A DNA stretch of 64,000 bases from an uncultured Aliarcobacter sp. (lineage in GTDB: Bacteria > Campylobacterota > Campylobacteria > Campylobacterales > Arcobacteraceae), in NCBI GenBank assembly GCA_963664305.2, contig CAXXLV010000002.1, positions 256,001 through 320,000 of the forward strand, written 5' to 3'. Numbering within the stretch: position 1 is the stretch's first letter; the number at the start of each line of letters is the position of its first letter. Made by a program: the position numbers and the translations under genes. Shown piece after piece: positions 41,590 through 51,001 of this stretch. The notes beneath the pieces were generated by a model that did no database searches, was not told the DNA's origin, and saw nothing but the letters and a program-made list of their open reading frames with translations.

Positions 41590-42588
41590 ATGATGAAAGA
41601 AGTTATAAATTATGAAGCATTAGTGATTAAAACAGCTTTTTTAGAAAAGGAAGTTAGATTTAACGACTCTTTTTTAAAAAAATTGTTTGATATTATTCCT
41701 AGTCCAATGTTTTATAAAGATAAAAATGGAGTTTACCAACACTGTAATGACGCTTTTTCAAAGTTGATTCTTGGTATTCCAAAAGAAGAAATAATTGGAA
41801 AAACACTTTATGATTTATCTCATGTTATTCCAAAAGAGAATGCAGATGTTTATTATGAAAAAGATAAAGAACTTTTTTTATCACAAAAAGAGCAATTTTA
41901 TGAAGGTAAAGTAAAATGTTCAGATGGAGAAACAAGAGATTATCAATTTTATAAATCATCATTTGTTTTAGATGGGGAAATAATTGGATTAGTTGGATTA
42001 ATGCTTGATGTTAGTGATTATAAAAAAGCTTTAAGAGAGTTGGATGAAAAAAATAGATTATTAAATGAATTATCAATTACTGATTCGTTAACAGGTTTAT
42101 ATAATAGACGATATTTTCAAACAATTTTTGACAAAAAAGTTAGTGCTTTGAGTCGATATAATCATCCATTCTGTTTTGCAATTATTGATATAGATTTTTT
42201 CAAAGATTATAATGATTCTTTTGGGCATTATGAAGGTGATTTAGTTTTAGAAAAATTAGGAAAAGTTTTTAAAGAGAGTTTTTTAAGACCTACGGATTAT
42301 GTTTTTAGATTAGGTGGAGAAGAGTTCGCAATACTATTTGATGTTATTGATTTTAAAGATGCGATTTCAGTAATGGAAAATTTAAGAAAAAAAGTTGAAG
42401 ATTTAAAGATAAAAGCTTCTCCAAATTCAACATATGAATATTTGACTGTTTCAATAGGATTAGGAAATATAAAAGAGTTGAAAAATGATATTAATCCTTC
42501 AAAAATCTACCATGAGGTAGATAATCTTTTGTATAAATCAAAAAGTGAAAATCGAAATAAAATTTCAGTATCTGAAATCAAATTTTAA
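41590..42588 (+). CDS. PAS-GGDEF diguanylate cyclase
   Basis: PAS domain; DSLTGLYNRR, DIDFFK, RPTD I-site, GGEEF. Confidence 0.92.
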   Translation: MMKEVINYEALVIKTAFLEKEVRFNDSFLKKLFDIIPSPMFYKDKNGVYQHCNDAFSKLILGIPKEEIIGKTLYDLSHVIPKENADVYYEKDKELFLSQKEQFYEGKVKCSDGETRDYQFYKSSFVLDGEIIGLVGLMLDVSDYKKALRELDEKNRLLNELSITDSLTGLYNRRYFQTIFDKKVSALSRYNHPFCFAIIDIDFFKDYNDSFGHYEGDLVLEKLGKVFKESFLRPTDYVFRLGGEEFAILFDVIDFKDAISVMENLRKKVEDLKIKASPNSTYEYLTVSIGLGNIKELKNDINPSKIYHEVDNLLYKSKSENRNKISVSEIKF

Positions 42589-43018
42589 TCACATAATATC
42601 CAGTAAAATCTACGCAAACTTCGTCATTTTCAATAATCTGAGATTCTATTTTTATAGAAGCACTTTTTTTAGAAAGCAATTTTTCTTTTAATCTTTCTAT
42701 TTCTTCTTTTGAAGGTTTTTTTGTAAAACAAACTATATCTTTTGTTACAGGTTTTTTATAAGAATGTTCATTTTTTATTACAACAATATTATTGCTATTA
42801 AAACCTAATTCTTTTGAAATTAGCCAACAAATACTCCAAGCAGAAATAATTGTTGTTGTTGCTAAACTTCCTCCAAAAGCAGTTCCTTTATCATTTATAT
42901 TTGGTCCAAGTGGTGCTGTTGTAATAAGTTGATTTTCATCGTAATTTTGGATTTTTAAATCCATAAATTTTGTTAATGGTATTTCATTATGTAGTTTTTT
43001 TTCTAGTTCAATTATCAT
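42578..43018 (-). CDS. YiiD C-terminal-like hotdog thioesterase
   Basis: IPLTKFM, NINDKGTAFGGS. Confidence 0.82.
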   Translation of the reverse strand: MIIELEKKLHNEIPLTKFMDLKIQNYDENQLITTAPLGPNINDKGTAFGGSLATTTIISAWSICWLISKELGFNSNNIVVIKNEHSYKKPVTKDIVCFTKKPSKEEIERLKEKLLSKKSASIKIESQIIENDEVCVDFTGYYVIKI

Positions 43019-43091
43019 ATTTTTCTCTTATTTTTATACTTTTTTAAATGTGAAAATATACAAAAAAACAATTGAACAAATAATAAAAATT

Positions 43092-43291
43092 ATGTACAAT
43101 TTTTGTACATTGAAAAAACAATAAGACTTAAACTAAATTTAATAAAAAGCCTTAAAAGATGAATTTTTGAATGACTAAAATTAATATTTGATAAATATAA
43201 AGATTTAGTGTAACTTTTATTTACATAAATAAAAACTTGTACAATTCTTTCCAAAAATTGTACATACTTATTTTTCTCTTTGTGATATAAT
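43092..43291 (+). promoter_or_regulatory. acnB control region: repeated TGTACA boxes and extended -10
   Basis: ATGTACAA-TTT-TTGTACAT at 43092-43110; TTGTACAA at 43237; TTGTACAT at 43258; TGATATAAT at 43283-43291. Confidence 0.6.
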
Positions 43292-43325
43292 GACTAAACT
43301 TTCTAAAATCAAGAGGAGATAATAT

Positions 43326-45902
43326 ATGAGTTTATTAGCAAACTATAAAGCACATTCGCAAGAAAGACTTAATGAAGGTGGATTACCTGCATTACCTTTA
43401 ACTGCTGAGCAAGTTGCTGAATTAGTAGAATTATTAAAAGCTAATCCAGTTGTTGAAGCTGAATATGCATTAGATTTATTCAAAAATAAAATCAATCCAG
43501 GTGTTGATGATGCTGCTTATGTAAAAGCTGCATTTTTAAATGATATTGTTCAAGGAAATGTTTCTTGTTCAGTTATTTCAAAAACTGATGCAATTGAAAT
43601 TTTAGGAACAATGATGGGTGGATATAACGTACCACCATTAGTTGAAGCTTTAAAAATTGCTGAAGTTGCAGATGCTGCTGCTGAGCAATTAAAAAATACA
43701 ATCTTAGTTTATAATTCATTCAACGATGTAAAAGATTTAATGGATGCTGGAAATGCAAAAGCTAAAGAAGTAATCGAATCTTGGGCAAATGCTGAGTGGT
43801 TCACAAACAAACCAGCTTTAGAAAAAGAAATTACATTAACTGTATACAAAATTCCTGGTGAAACAAATACAGATGATTTATCTCCTGCTACAGTTGCATT
43901 TACAAGAGCAGATATTCCATTACACGCAACAGCAATGTTACAATCAAGAATGGAAAAACCATTAGAAAAAATGGCTGAATTAAAAACAAAAGGTCACCCT
44001 TTAGCATACGTTGGAGATGTTGTTGGAACTGGTTCATCAAGAAAATCAGGAATCAACTCTGTTCAATGGCATATGGGTAGAGATATTCCAGGTGTTCCTA
44101 ATAAAAGAACAGGTGGGGTTGTTATTGGTTCTATTATTGCTCCAATTTTCTTCAATACTGCAGAAGATTCAGGATGTTTACCAATTCAAGCTAATGTTGA
44201 TGCATTAGAAACTGGTGATGTAATTGTATTAAAACCATACGATGGTGTTATTGAAAAAGATGGAAAAGTAGTTTCTGAATTTAAATTAGCTCCAAATACA
44301 TTAACAGATGAAATGAGAGCAGGTGGAAGAATTCCATTAATTATTGGAAAAGGTTTAACTGCAAAAGCTAGAGCTGCATTAAAATTAGCTGCTTCTGATA
44401 TGTTTATTGCTCCTGAGCAACCAGCTGATAACGGTAAAGGATTTACTCAAGCACAAAAAATGGTTGGAAAAGCTTGTGGTATTGCTGGTGTTAAACCAGG
44501 TATGTATGTTGAGCCAATCGCTACAACTGTTGGATCACAAGATACAACTGGACCAATGACAAGAGATGAGATTAAAGAACTTGCTGCACTTTCTTTTGGT
44601 GCTGATATGGTTATGCAATCATTCTGTCACACTGCTGCTTATCCAAAACCAGCAGATATTAAATTAAGACATACTTTACCAGATTTCATCAACTCAAGAG
44701 GTGGAGTTACACTTAAGCCAGGTGATGGTGTTATTCACTCATGGTTAAATAGATTATGTTTACCAGATACAGTTGGAACTGGTGGAGATTCTCATACAAG
44801 ATTCCCAATTGGTATTTCATTCCCAGCTGGATCAGGATTAATTGCATTCGCAGGTGTTACAGGTATGATGCCTTTAACTATGCCAGAATCTGTATTAGTT
44901 AAATTTACAGGTGAAATGCAACCAGGTATTACTTTAAGAGATTTAGTAAATGCTATTCCATACCAAGCAATTAAAGATGGTTTATTAACTGTTCCTAAGA
45001 AAAATAAAAAGAATATCTTTGCTGGTACAATCATTGAAATCCAAGGTTTACCAAATTTAAAAGTTGAGCAAGCATTCGAATTATCTGATGCATCTGCAGA
45101 AAGATCAGCAGCAGCTTGTTCTGTTCAATTAAATAAAGAACCAATTATTGAATATTTATCTTCAAATATTGCATTAATTGAAAAAATGATTGAAGAAGGT
45201 TACGAAGACGCTAAAACTTTACAAAGAAGAGCTGACAAAATGAAAGAATGGATTGCTAATCCAGAATTATTAGAGCCAGATGCTGATGCAGAGTACTTAG
45301 CTACAATCGAAATCGACTTAAATAAAATTACTGAGCCAATTTTAGCTTGTCCAAACGATCCAGATGATGTTGCTACATTATCAGAAATCTTAGCTGACGA
45401 GTCTAGACCTAAAAAAATTGAAGAAGTATTCGTAGGTTCTTGTATGACTAATATCGGTCTATTCAGAGCTTTAGGAGAAGTATTAAAAGGTGAAGGTGTT
45501 GCTAAAGCTAAATTATGGGTTGCACCTCCTACAAAAATGGACGAAGCTCAATTAACTGAAGAAGGTTACTATGCTGCATTTGCTGCTGCTGGTGCTAGAA
45601 TTGAGATTCCAGGTTGTTCATTATGTATGGGTAACCAAGCACAAGTTTCTGAAGGATCAACTGTATTCTCTACATCTACAAGAAACTTTGATAACAGACT
45701 TGGTAAAAACTCTAAAGTTTATTTAGGTTCTGCTGAAGTTGCTGCAGTTGCTGCACTTTTAGGAAGATTACCATCTGTTGAAGAATATATGGAAATCGTT
45801 TCTAAAAAAATCAATGAATCAAACAAAGATGGTGTTTATAAATACTTAAACTTCCACCAAGTTTCTTCAGATTATTTAACTACATTAGTATCTTCAAGAT
45901 AA
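43326..45902 (+). CDS. acnB: Aconitate hydratase 2
   Basis: [40 protein letters not shown]. Confidence 0.98.
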   Translation: MSLLANYKAHSQERLNEGGLPALPLTAEQVAELVELLKANPVVEAEYALDLFKNKINPGVDDAAYVKAAFLNDIVQGNVSCSVISKTDAIEILGTMMGGYNVPPLVEALKIAEVADAAAEQLKNTILVYNSFNDVKDLMDAGNAKAKEVIESWANAEWFTNKPALEKEITLTVYKIPGETNTDDLSPATVAFTRADIPLHATAMLQSRMEKPLEKMAELKTKGHPLAYVGDVVGTGSSRKSGINSVQWHMGRDIPGVPNKRTGGVVIGSIIAPIFFNTAEDSGCLPIQANVDALETGDVIVLKPYDGVIEKDGKVVSEFKLAPNTLTDEMRAGGRIPLIIGKGLTAKARAALKLAASDMFIAPEQPADNGKGFTQAQKMVGKACGIAGVKPGMYVEPIATTVGSQDTTGPMTRDEIKELAALSFGADMVMQSFCHTAAYPKPADIKLRHTLPDFINSRGGVTLKPGDGVIHSWLNRLCLPDTVGTGGDSHTRFPIGISFPAGSGLIAFAGVTGMMPLTMPESVLVKFTGEMQPGITLRDLVNAIPYQAIKDGLLTVPKKNKKNIFAGTIIEIQGLPNLKVEQAFELSDASAERSAAACSVQLNKEPIIEYLSSNIALIEKMIEEGYEDAKTLQRRADKMKEWIANPELLEPDADAEYLATIEIDLNKITEPILACPNDPDDVATLSEILADESRPKKIEEVFVGSCMTNIGLFRALGEVLKGEGVAKAKLWVAPPTKMDEAQLTEEGYYAAFAAAGARIEIPGCSLCMGNQAQVSEGSTVFSTSTRNFDNRLGKNSKVYLGSAEVAAVAALLGRLPSVEEYMEIVSKKINESNKDGVYKYLNFHQVSSDYLTTLVSSR

Positions 45903-45906
45903 TTTT

Positions 45907-45940
45907 AAAAGCTTAGGAATTTTCCTAAGCTTTTTTCTTT
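45907..45940 (+). terminator. acnB intrinsic terminator
   Basis: AAAAGCTTAGGAA/TTCCTAAGCTTTT plus T-run. Confidence 0.85.
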
Positions 45941-46012
45941 TCTAACCCTTTTCTTTTATTCTTATTTAAAAATTTGATATTATTCCTTACTAAAAAACTA
46001 AAAAGATGATAT

Positions 46013-46585
46013 ATGGCACAAAAAGATAAAATAAAATGGAATAAAAAATATCAAGAAACTACTTCATTATTAGAAGATAGAGAACCAAGTAAAAGACTGA
46101 TTAATATTGTTGAAAAAGTAAAAGGTAAAAAAGCACTTGATGTTGCAAGTGGGGCTGGAAGAAACTCTATATATTTAGCAAATAAAGGTTTTGAAGTTGA
46201 GGCTTTAGATATTTCAGAAGTTGCACTTGATAAATTAAAAAGCAAAGGTTTTACAAATATATTTTGCAATTTAGTAGATTTAGATGATTATGAGATAGCT
46301 AAAAATAGTTACGATTTAATAGTAATGACAAATTTTTTAGATAGAAATATAATTTCTAAACTTGCAAATGCATTAAATGTAAATGGTGTACTTTTTATAG
46401 AAACTTATATGGATGATGAAGTAAATGAAAAACCACCTTCAAATCCAGACTTTTTACTAAAAAAAGAGGAACTTAAAACATTTTTTAATGAAAATTTTAA
46501 AATATTGGATTATGAAGAATTTTTAAATGAAGAGTGTGAAATTTACAGAATGAAAAAACAATTTATTGCTGTTCAAAAACTTTAA
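46013..46585 (+). CDS. Class I SAM-dependent methyltransferase (TehB-like)
   Basis: ALDVASGAGRNS, ALDIS, YDLIV. Confidence 0.82.
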   Translation: MAQKDKIKWNKKYQETTSLLEDREPSKRLINIVEKVKGKKALDVASGAGRNSIYLANKGFEVEALDISEVALDKLKSKGFTNIFCNLVDLDDYEIAKNSYDLIVMTNFLDRNIISKLANALNVNGVLFIETYMDDEVNEKPPSNPDFLLKKEELKTFFNENFKILDYEEFLNEECEIYRMKKQFIAVQKL

Positions 46586-46675
46586 TAGAAGTTATAAAAG
46601 AAATATTTTTATAAAATTCATATTTTATTAACAATAAATGTATTATCATAGAGAAAATTTTTTTAAGGAAAAAAC

Positions 46676-47269
46676 ATTTCAGCGTCAAAAGAAAACAAAA
46701 AAAATACTATTATAGAAAATGCATTAAAGCTTTTCTCTCAAAAAGGTTTTTATAATACTACAATCCCAGACATTGCAAAAGCAATGAAAATGAGTGTTGG
46801 AAATATGTATAATTATTTTGCTTCAAAAGAAGAATTAGCTAAATTTGCAATAAAATATTCAACAAATATTTTAGCTGATGAATTAAGAGAAGTTAATAAT
46901 ATGGATATTTCATCAAAAGAGAAAATATATATATTTGTAAAAAAATATTTAGAAAATGTTCAAAAATCTCCTGAAATTATTGAGTATTTTTTAAGAGTTT
47001 ACTTATCAAATAGAGAAGTTTTCAAACAAGGATGTGAAGGCTTTTTATGTGTTGGAGAGTTTGTAACAGAAGTTATGATTTTACTTGATGATGGTGCACA
47101 AAAAAAAGAGTTTAGAGAACAAGAATTTTTTCCTGCATTTGGAATGATTATGGGATGTTTAGGTGGATTTGCATTTTTAAGTGGAGAAAATGTACTTGAT
47201 AAAGAACTATTAAGTTATTCAGATGCTGTTGCTGATAATATTTATCGAGCATTAAAGTATGATAAGTGA
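46676..47269 (+). CDS. TetR/AcrR family regulator, probable ATT start (197 aa)
   Basis: The full TetR HTH (IIENALKLFSQKGFYNTTIPDIAKAMKMSVGNMYNYFASKEEL) begins upstream of ATG 46784. In-frame TAA at 46664, AAGGA SD at 46665-46669, ATT at 46676. Confidence 0.85.
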   Translation: MSASKENKKNTIIENALKLFSQKGFYNTTIPDIAKAMKMSVGNMYNYFASKEELAKFAIKYSTNILADELREVNNMDISSKEKIYIFVKKYLENVQKSPEIIEYFLRVYLSNREVFKQGCEGFLCVGEFVTEVMILLDDGAQKKEFREQEFFPAFGMIMGCLGGFAFLSGENVLDKELLSYSDAVADNIYRALKYDK

Positions 47270-48152
47270 ATCTAAACCAACAGTTGTATGGTTTCAAGCA
47301 ATAACATGTAATGGAAATACGCACTCATTATTGAGTGCAAATTCAAATAGATTTGAATTATTTTTAGATAATTTCGATTTTATTTATCATCCTAGTTTAA
47401 CAATTAACAAAACACTTGAAGATATTTTAGAAAATGAAGAAAAAATAGACTTTTTACTAATTGAAGGTTCAATTTCTTCAAATGAATATATATTTTCACT
47501 AACTAACAATTCTACAAAAACTTTATTAGAAAAATTAGCTTTAAAAACAAAATATATTATCTGTGTTGGTTCATGTGCCTCTTTTGGAGGGATACATGCA
47601 AAATTTACTCAACATAATGATATTTTTAGTGTAAAAAAATCTTTAGAAAAATCAATTTTAGATAATTTAGAACATCAAATCATAAATCTTTCAGGTTGTC
47701 CTGTTCATCCTGAGTGGATATTTCAAACACTTTTTATTCTAAAAAATTATGGAAAAATTTCTTTAGATGAACAAGGACGTCCAAAAGAACTTTATAGTTC
47801 TTTAACTCATCATGGTTGTACAAGAAATGAGTATTTTGAATGGAAAGTTGAAGGTGAATTTGGACAAAAAGAGGGATGTCTGTTTTACAATCAAGGATGT
47901 CGTGGTCCTATGACACATAGTTCTTGCAATAAAATTCTTTGGAATGAAATTAGCTCAAAAACAAGAGTAGGGATGCCTTGTATTGGTTGTACAGAAGCTG
48001 ATTTTCCAAGAACAGATTTACTTGAAACGAAAAAAAATATGGGAATACCACAAGATGTTCCTTTTGGAATTTCAAAAAGAGCTTATCTAACAATAAGTGG
48101 AGTTGCAAAAACTTTTAAAATAGATAGATTACATAAAAAATTAATGGAATAA
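47259..48152 (+). CDS. hupS: Cytoplasmic group 2-type (probably 2d) [NiFe]-hydrogenase small subunit
   Basis: No Tat signal and no TM; TCNGN, GSCASFGG, GCPVHP, HHGCTR, GCRGP, PCIGC. Confidence 0.85.
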   Translation: MISESKPTVVWFQAITCNGNTHSLLSANSNRFELFLDNFDFIYHPSLTINKTLEDILENEEKIDFLLIEGSISSNEYIFSLTNNSTKTLLEKLALKTKYIICVGSCASFGGIHAKFTQHNDIFSVKKSLEKSILDNLEHQIINLSGCPVHPEWIFQTLFILKNYGKISLDEQGRPKELYSSLTHHGCTRNEYFEWKVEGEFGQKEGCLFYNQGCRGPMTHSSCNKILWNEISSKTRVGMPCIGCTEADFPRTDLLETKKNMGIPQDVPFGISKRAYLTISGVAKTFKIDRLHKKLME

Positions 48153-48154
48153 AA

Positions 48155-49510
48155 GTGAAGACAGTAGATATAGTAGAAAGAATTGAAGGTGAAGCAAAAC
48201 TTAACTGTTCATGGGATAATGGAATTATTAGTGATGCACGAATTGATTTTCTAAATTTTAGAGGTTTTGAATATATTTTAGAAGGAAAATCACCTTTAGA
48301 TGCTTTGATTTATACTCCACGAATTTGTGGAATTTGTGGACAAGCACATTTAAAAGCTACTGTTGATGCTTTAGAAAATATATATGAAAACATTGGTGAA
48401 AAAATAGAAGTTTCAGAAAAAGCTAAACTTTTAAGACAAATTGGTTTAAATATAGAGATTATTGATTCTCATATAAAATGGTTTTATCTGTTTATAATGC
48501 CTGATATTATTAAACTTGACAAAAATGATTTAGGAATTTATGAACCTTTAAAAGGAAAAAGATGGCTAGAAGCTTGTAAAACTGCAAGCGAAACTATAAA
48601 AGCATTAGCTGTTATTGGAGGGCAATGGCCACATAGTTCTTATATGCTTCCTGGTGGGGTAATGAGTGATCCAACTTTAATGGATTTACTTACTATGCAA
48701 AATTATCTACAAACTGCTTTAAATTTTTTTGAAAATTCAATTGCAGGAGTTTCATTAGATAATTATTTATCATTTGATAGTTTTAAAGATATAGAAAAAC
48801 TTCAAAGTGATATGAGATATTTTAAAGAATTGTCTTTTAAATATGAGTTACATAATTTTGGAAAGTCATACAATAGATTTATAACTTTAGGAGAGTCAAA
48901 TCTATTTAAAAATGGGAAAATTAAAATAAAATTGGTAAATAGAATTGATTTATCAAAAATAAATGAAAATGAAGAATTTACTTTTTCATTAAATAAGCAA
49001 AATAATAGTGAAAATAAACATACTTGGAGTAAATCAGTTTCATATAATGATAATTTTTATGAAACTGGACCTTTATCAAGAGCAATTATATCAAATAGGA
49101 AATTTATAAAAGATATTCATAAAAATTTATCAGATAGTGTATTTACTAGAGTTATTGCAAGAATGGACGAACTTGCTTTTTTAATAGATGATACGAAGTC
49201 ATTAATTTCACAAGTAAATATTTCTGAACCATCATTTATTGAACCTAAAATTTCATTGATTGATATTGAAAAAGCAAATGGAAAATCTGCAATTGAAGCT
49301 ACAAGAGGTTCTTTATATCATAATGTAAACATTGAAAAAGGAAAAATTAAATCTTATGATGTAATAACACCTACTGTTTGGAACTTAGGACCACAAAACA
49401 AAAAACAAAAAGGAATTGCACAAAATGCAATTATTGGAGCTACATCAATTGAAATAGCTAAAATCATTTTGAGAAGTTTTGACGTCTGTTCAGTTTGTAC
49501 AACACATTAG
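48155..49510 (+). CDS. hupL: Cytoplasmic group 2-type [NiFe]-hydrogenase large subunit
   Basis: GTG start; RIEGE, RICGICG; ends FDVCSVCTTH-stop. Confidence 0.88.
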   Translation: MKTVDIVERIEGEAKLNCSWDNGIISDARIDFLNFRGFEYILEGKSPLDALIYTPRICGICGQAHLKATVDALENIYENIGEKIEVSEKAKLLRQIGLNIEIIDSHIKWFYLFIMPDIIKLDKNDLGIYEPLKGKRWLEACKTASETIKALAVIGGQWPHSSYMLPGGVMSDPTLMDLLTMQNYLQTALNFFENSIAGVSLDNYLSFDSFKDIEKLQSDMRYFKELSFKYELHNFGKSYNRFITLGESNLFKNGKIKIKLVNRIDLSKINENEEFTFSLNKQNNSENKHTWSKSVSYNDNFYETGPLSRAIISNRKFIKDIHKNLSDSVFTRVIARMDELAFLIDDTKSLISQVNISEPSFIEPKISLIDIEKANGKSAIEATRGSLYHNVNIEKGKIKSYDVITPTVWNLGPQNKKQKGIAQNAIIGATSIEIAKIILRSFDVCSVCTTH

Positions 49511-49524
49511 TGAATATTCATTCA
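49511..49524. promoter_or_regulatory. Putative TetR operator
   Basis: TGAAT-ATTC-ATTCA. Confidence 0.55.
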
Positions 49525-49724
49525 AAAAAAGTGTATATTAGTAACAGAGTTAAAAAAAACTGAATTAATATACCACTTATATGAAATTCGAACAAAAAAA
49601 TCACCTAAATACCATAAAATCAAAGATAAAAACTATAAATATTTTTATAAAAACTTAAATGTTATTTTAATGCTATTTTTAAATGTTTATTATTAAGTAA
49701 GACCTAAGTTTCTTATTGTTACTT

Positions 49725-49751
49725 TACAATAAAGTAAATGAATATTCATTT
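49725..49751 (+). promoter_or_regulatory. hydA -10 box and adjacent putative TetR operator
   Basis: TACAAT at 49725-49730; TAAAT-GAAT-ATTCA at 49735-49748, overlapping the 16-bp palindrome AAATGAATATTCATTT (49736-49751). Confidence 0.6.
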
Positions 49752-49765
49752 TAAGGAGCAAAACT

Positions 49766-51001
49766 ATGATTGATTCAACGGAAATGGTAAAAAAAGTTTT
49801 TACCCAAAAGTCAGGAAAAGTTGAAACAAATAAAGGTGAAGTTTACTACAACTCTTTATTTGAGAAAACTAAACAAAGATTAAAAGATTTAAGAGCACAA
49901 GAACCTCTTAAAGATATTGATATGATGGATATAATTGAAAGTGAAGGAATAAATAGAAGAGATTTTATGAAGTGGGTTAGTGCTACAACTGCTACACTTA
50001 TGCTTCCTCCTATGTTTGCTCCACTTGTTGCAGAAGCAACTGAACTTATGAATAGAGTTCCAGTTATCTGGATAGAGTTACAAGACTGTGCTGGAAACTC
50101 TGAAGCTCTTTTAAGAAGTTCAGCTCCAACAGTAGATGACTTATTATTTGATGTGTTAAGTTTAGAGTATCATGAAACGCTACAAGCTGCTGCTGGACAT
50201 GATGCAGATAAACAACTTGAAGAAGCTGTTGAACACTTCAAAGGTAAATATATATTATTTGTTGAAGGTGCTATTCCAATGGCTATGAATGGTCAATATG
50301 GAACAATTGGTGCTATGGGTGAAACTTTCCATGACCATCTTGTAAGAATGTCAAAAGATGCTGCAGCTGTTGTTGCTGTTGGTACTTGTGCAACATTTGG
50401 AGGAATTCCTGCTGCTGCTCCAAATCCAACTGGTGCTGTTGGTGTTATGGATATTGTAAAAGGTAAGCCAATTATTAATATTCCTGCATGTCCTGCAAAC
50501 CCAGCTAACATGGTTGGTGTTGTTTTACACTATGTATTAACTGGACAAATTCCAGAACTTGATTCTTTACTAAGACCTAAATTTGCATTTGGATATAGAA
50601 TTCATGATAACTGTGAAAGAAGAGCACACTTTGATGCTGGTGAATTCGTAGAAGAGTGGGGTGATGAAGGTGCTAAAAATAACTGGTGTTTATATAAAGT
50701 TGGATGTAAAGGTCCTATGACATTTAATAACTGTTCAATCATCAGATATAACGAAGGTACAAACTGGCCAATTGGGGTTGGAAGAGGATGTATTGGATGT
50801 TCTGAGCCAGATTTCTGGGATAAATATGCTTATGAAAGACCAATGGCTGATGCAAAAATTAAAGCACCAACAGGCGGAGTTGAAAAAACAGTTGATGAGT
50901 TTGGTCTTGGATTATTAACAGCAACGGCTGTAGGTATTGGAGTTCATGCAGTTGCAAGTGTTGTTGCTGGTAAAAAATCAAATGAAGGAGAAGAAAAATA
51001 A
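49766..51001 (+). CDS. hydA: Membrane-bound uptake [NiFe]-hydrogenase small subunit
   Basis: Tat motif NRRDFMK; Fe-S Cys motifs; C-terminal anchor GIGVHAVAS. Confidence 0.95.
   Translation: MIDSTEMVKKVFTQKSGKVETNKGEVYYNSLFEKTKQRLKDLRAQEPLKDIDMMDIIESEGINRRDFMKWVSATTATLMLPPMFAPLVAEATELMNRVPVIWIELQDCAGNSEALLRSSAPTVDDLLFDVLSLEYHETLQAAAGHDADKQLEEAVEHFKGKYILFVEGAIPMAMNGQYGTIGAMGETFHDHLVRMSKDAAAVVAVGTCATFGGIPAAAPNPTGAVGVMDIVKGKPIINIPACPANPANMVGVVLHYVLTGQIPELDSLLRPKFAFGYRIHDNCERRAHFDAGEFVEEWGDEGAKNNWCLYKVGCKGPMTFNNCSIIRYNEGTNWPIGVGRGCIGCSEPDFWDKYAYERPMADAKIKAPTGGVEKTVDEFGLGLLTATAVGIGVHAVASVVAGKKSNEGEEK

Noticed and set aside
49529..49578. Imperfect inverted repeat after hupL as a NikR site
   Set aside because: Too degenerate to assign; it may simply be a weak terminator hairpin.
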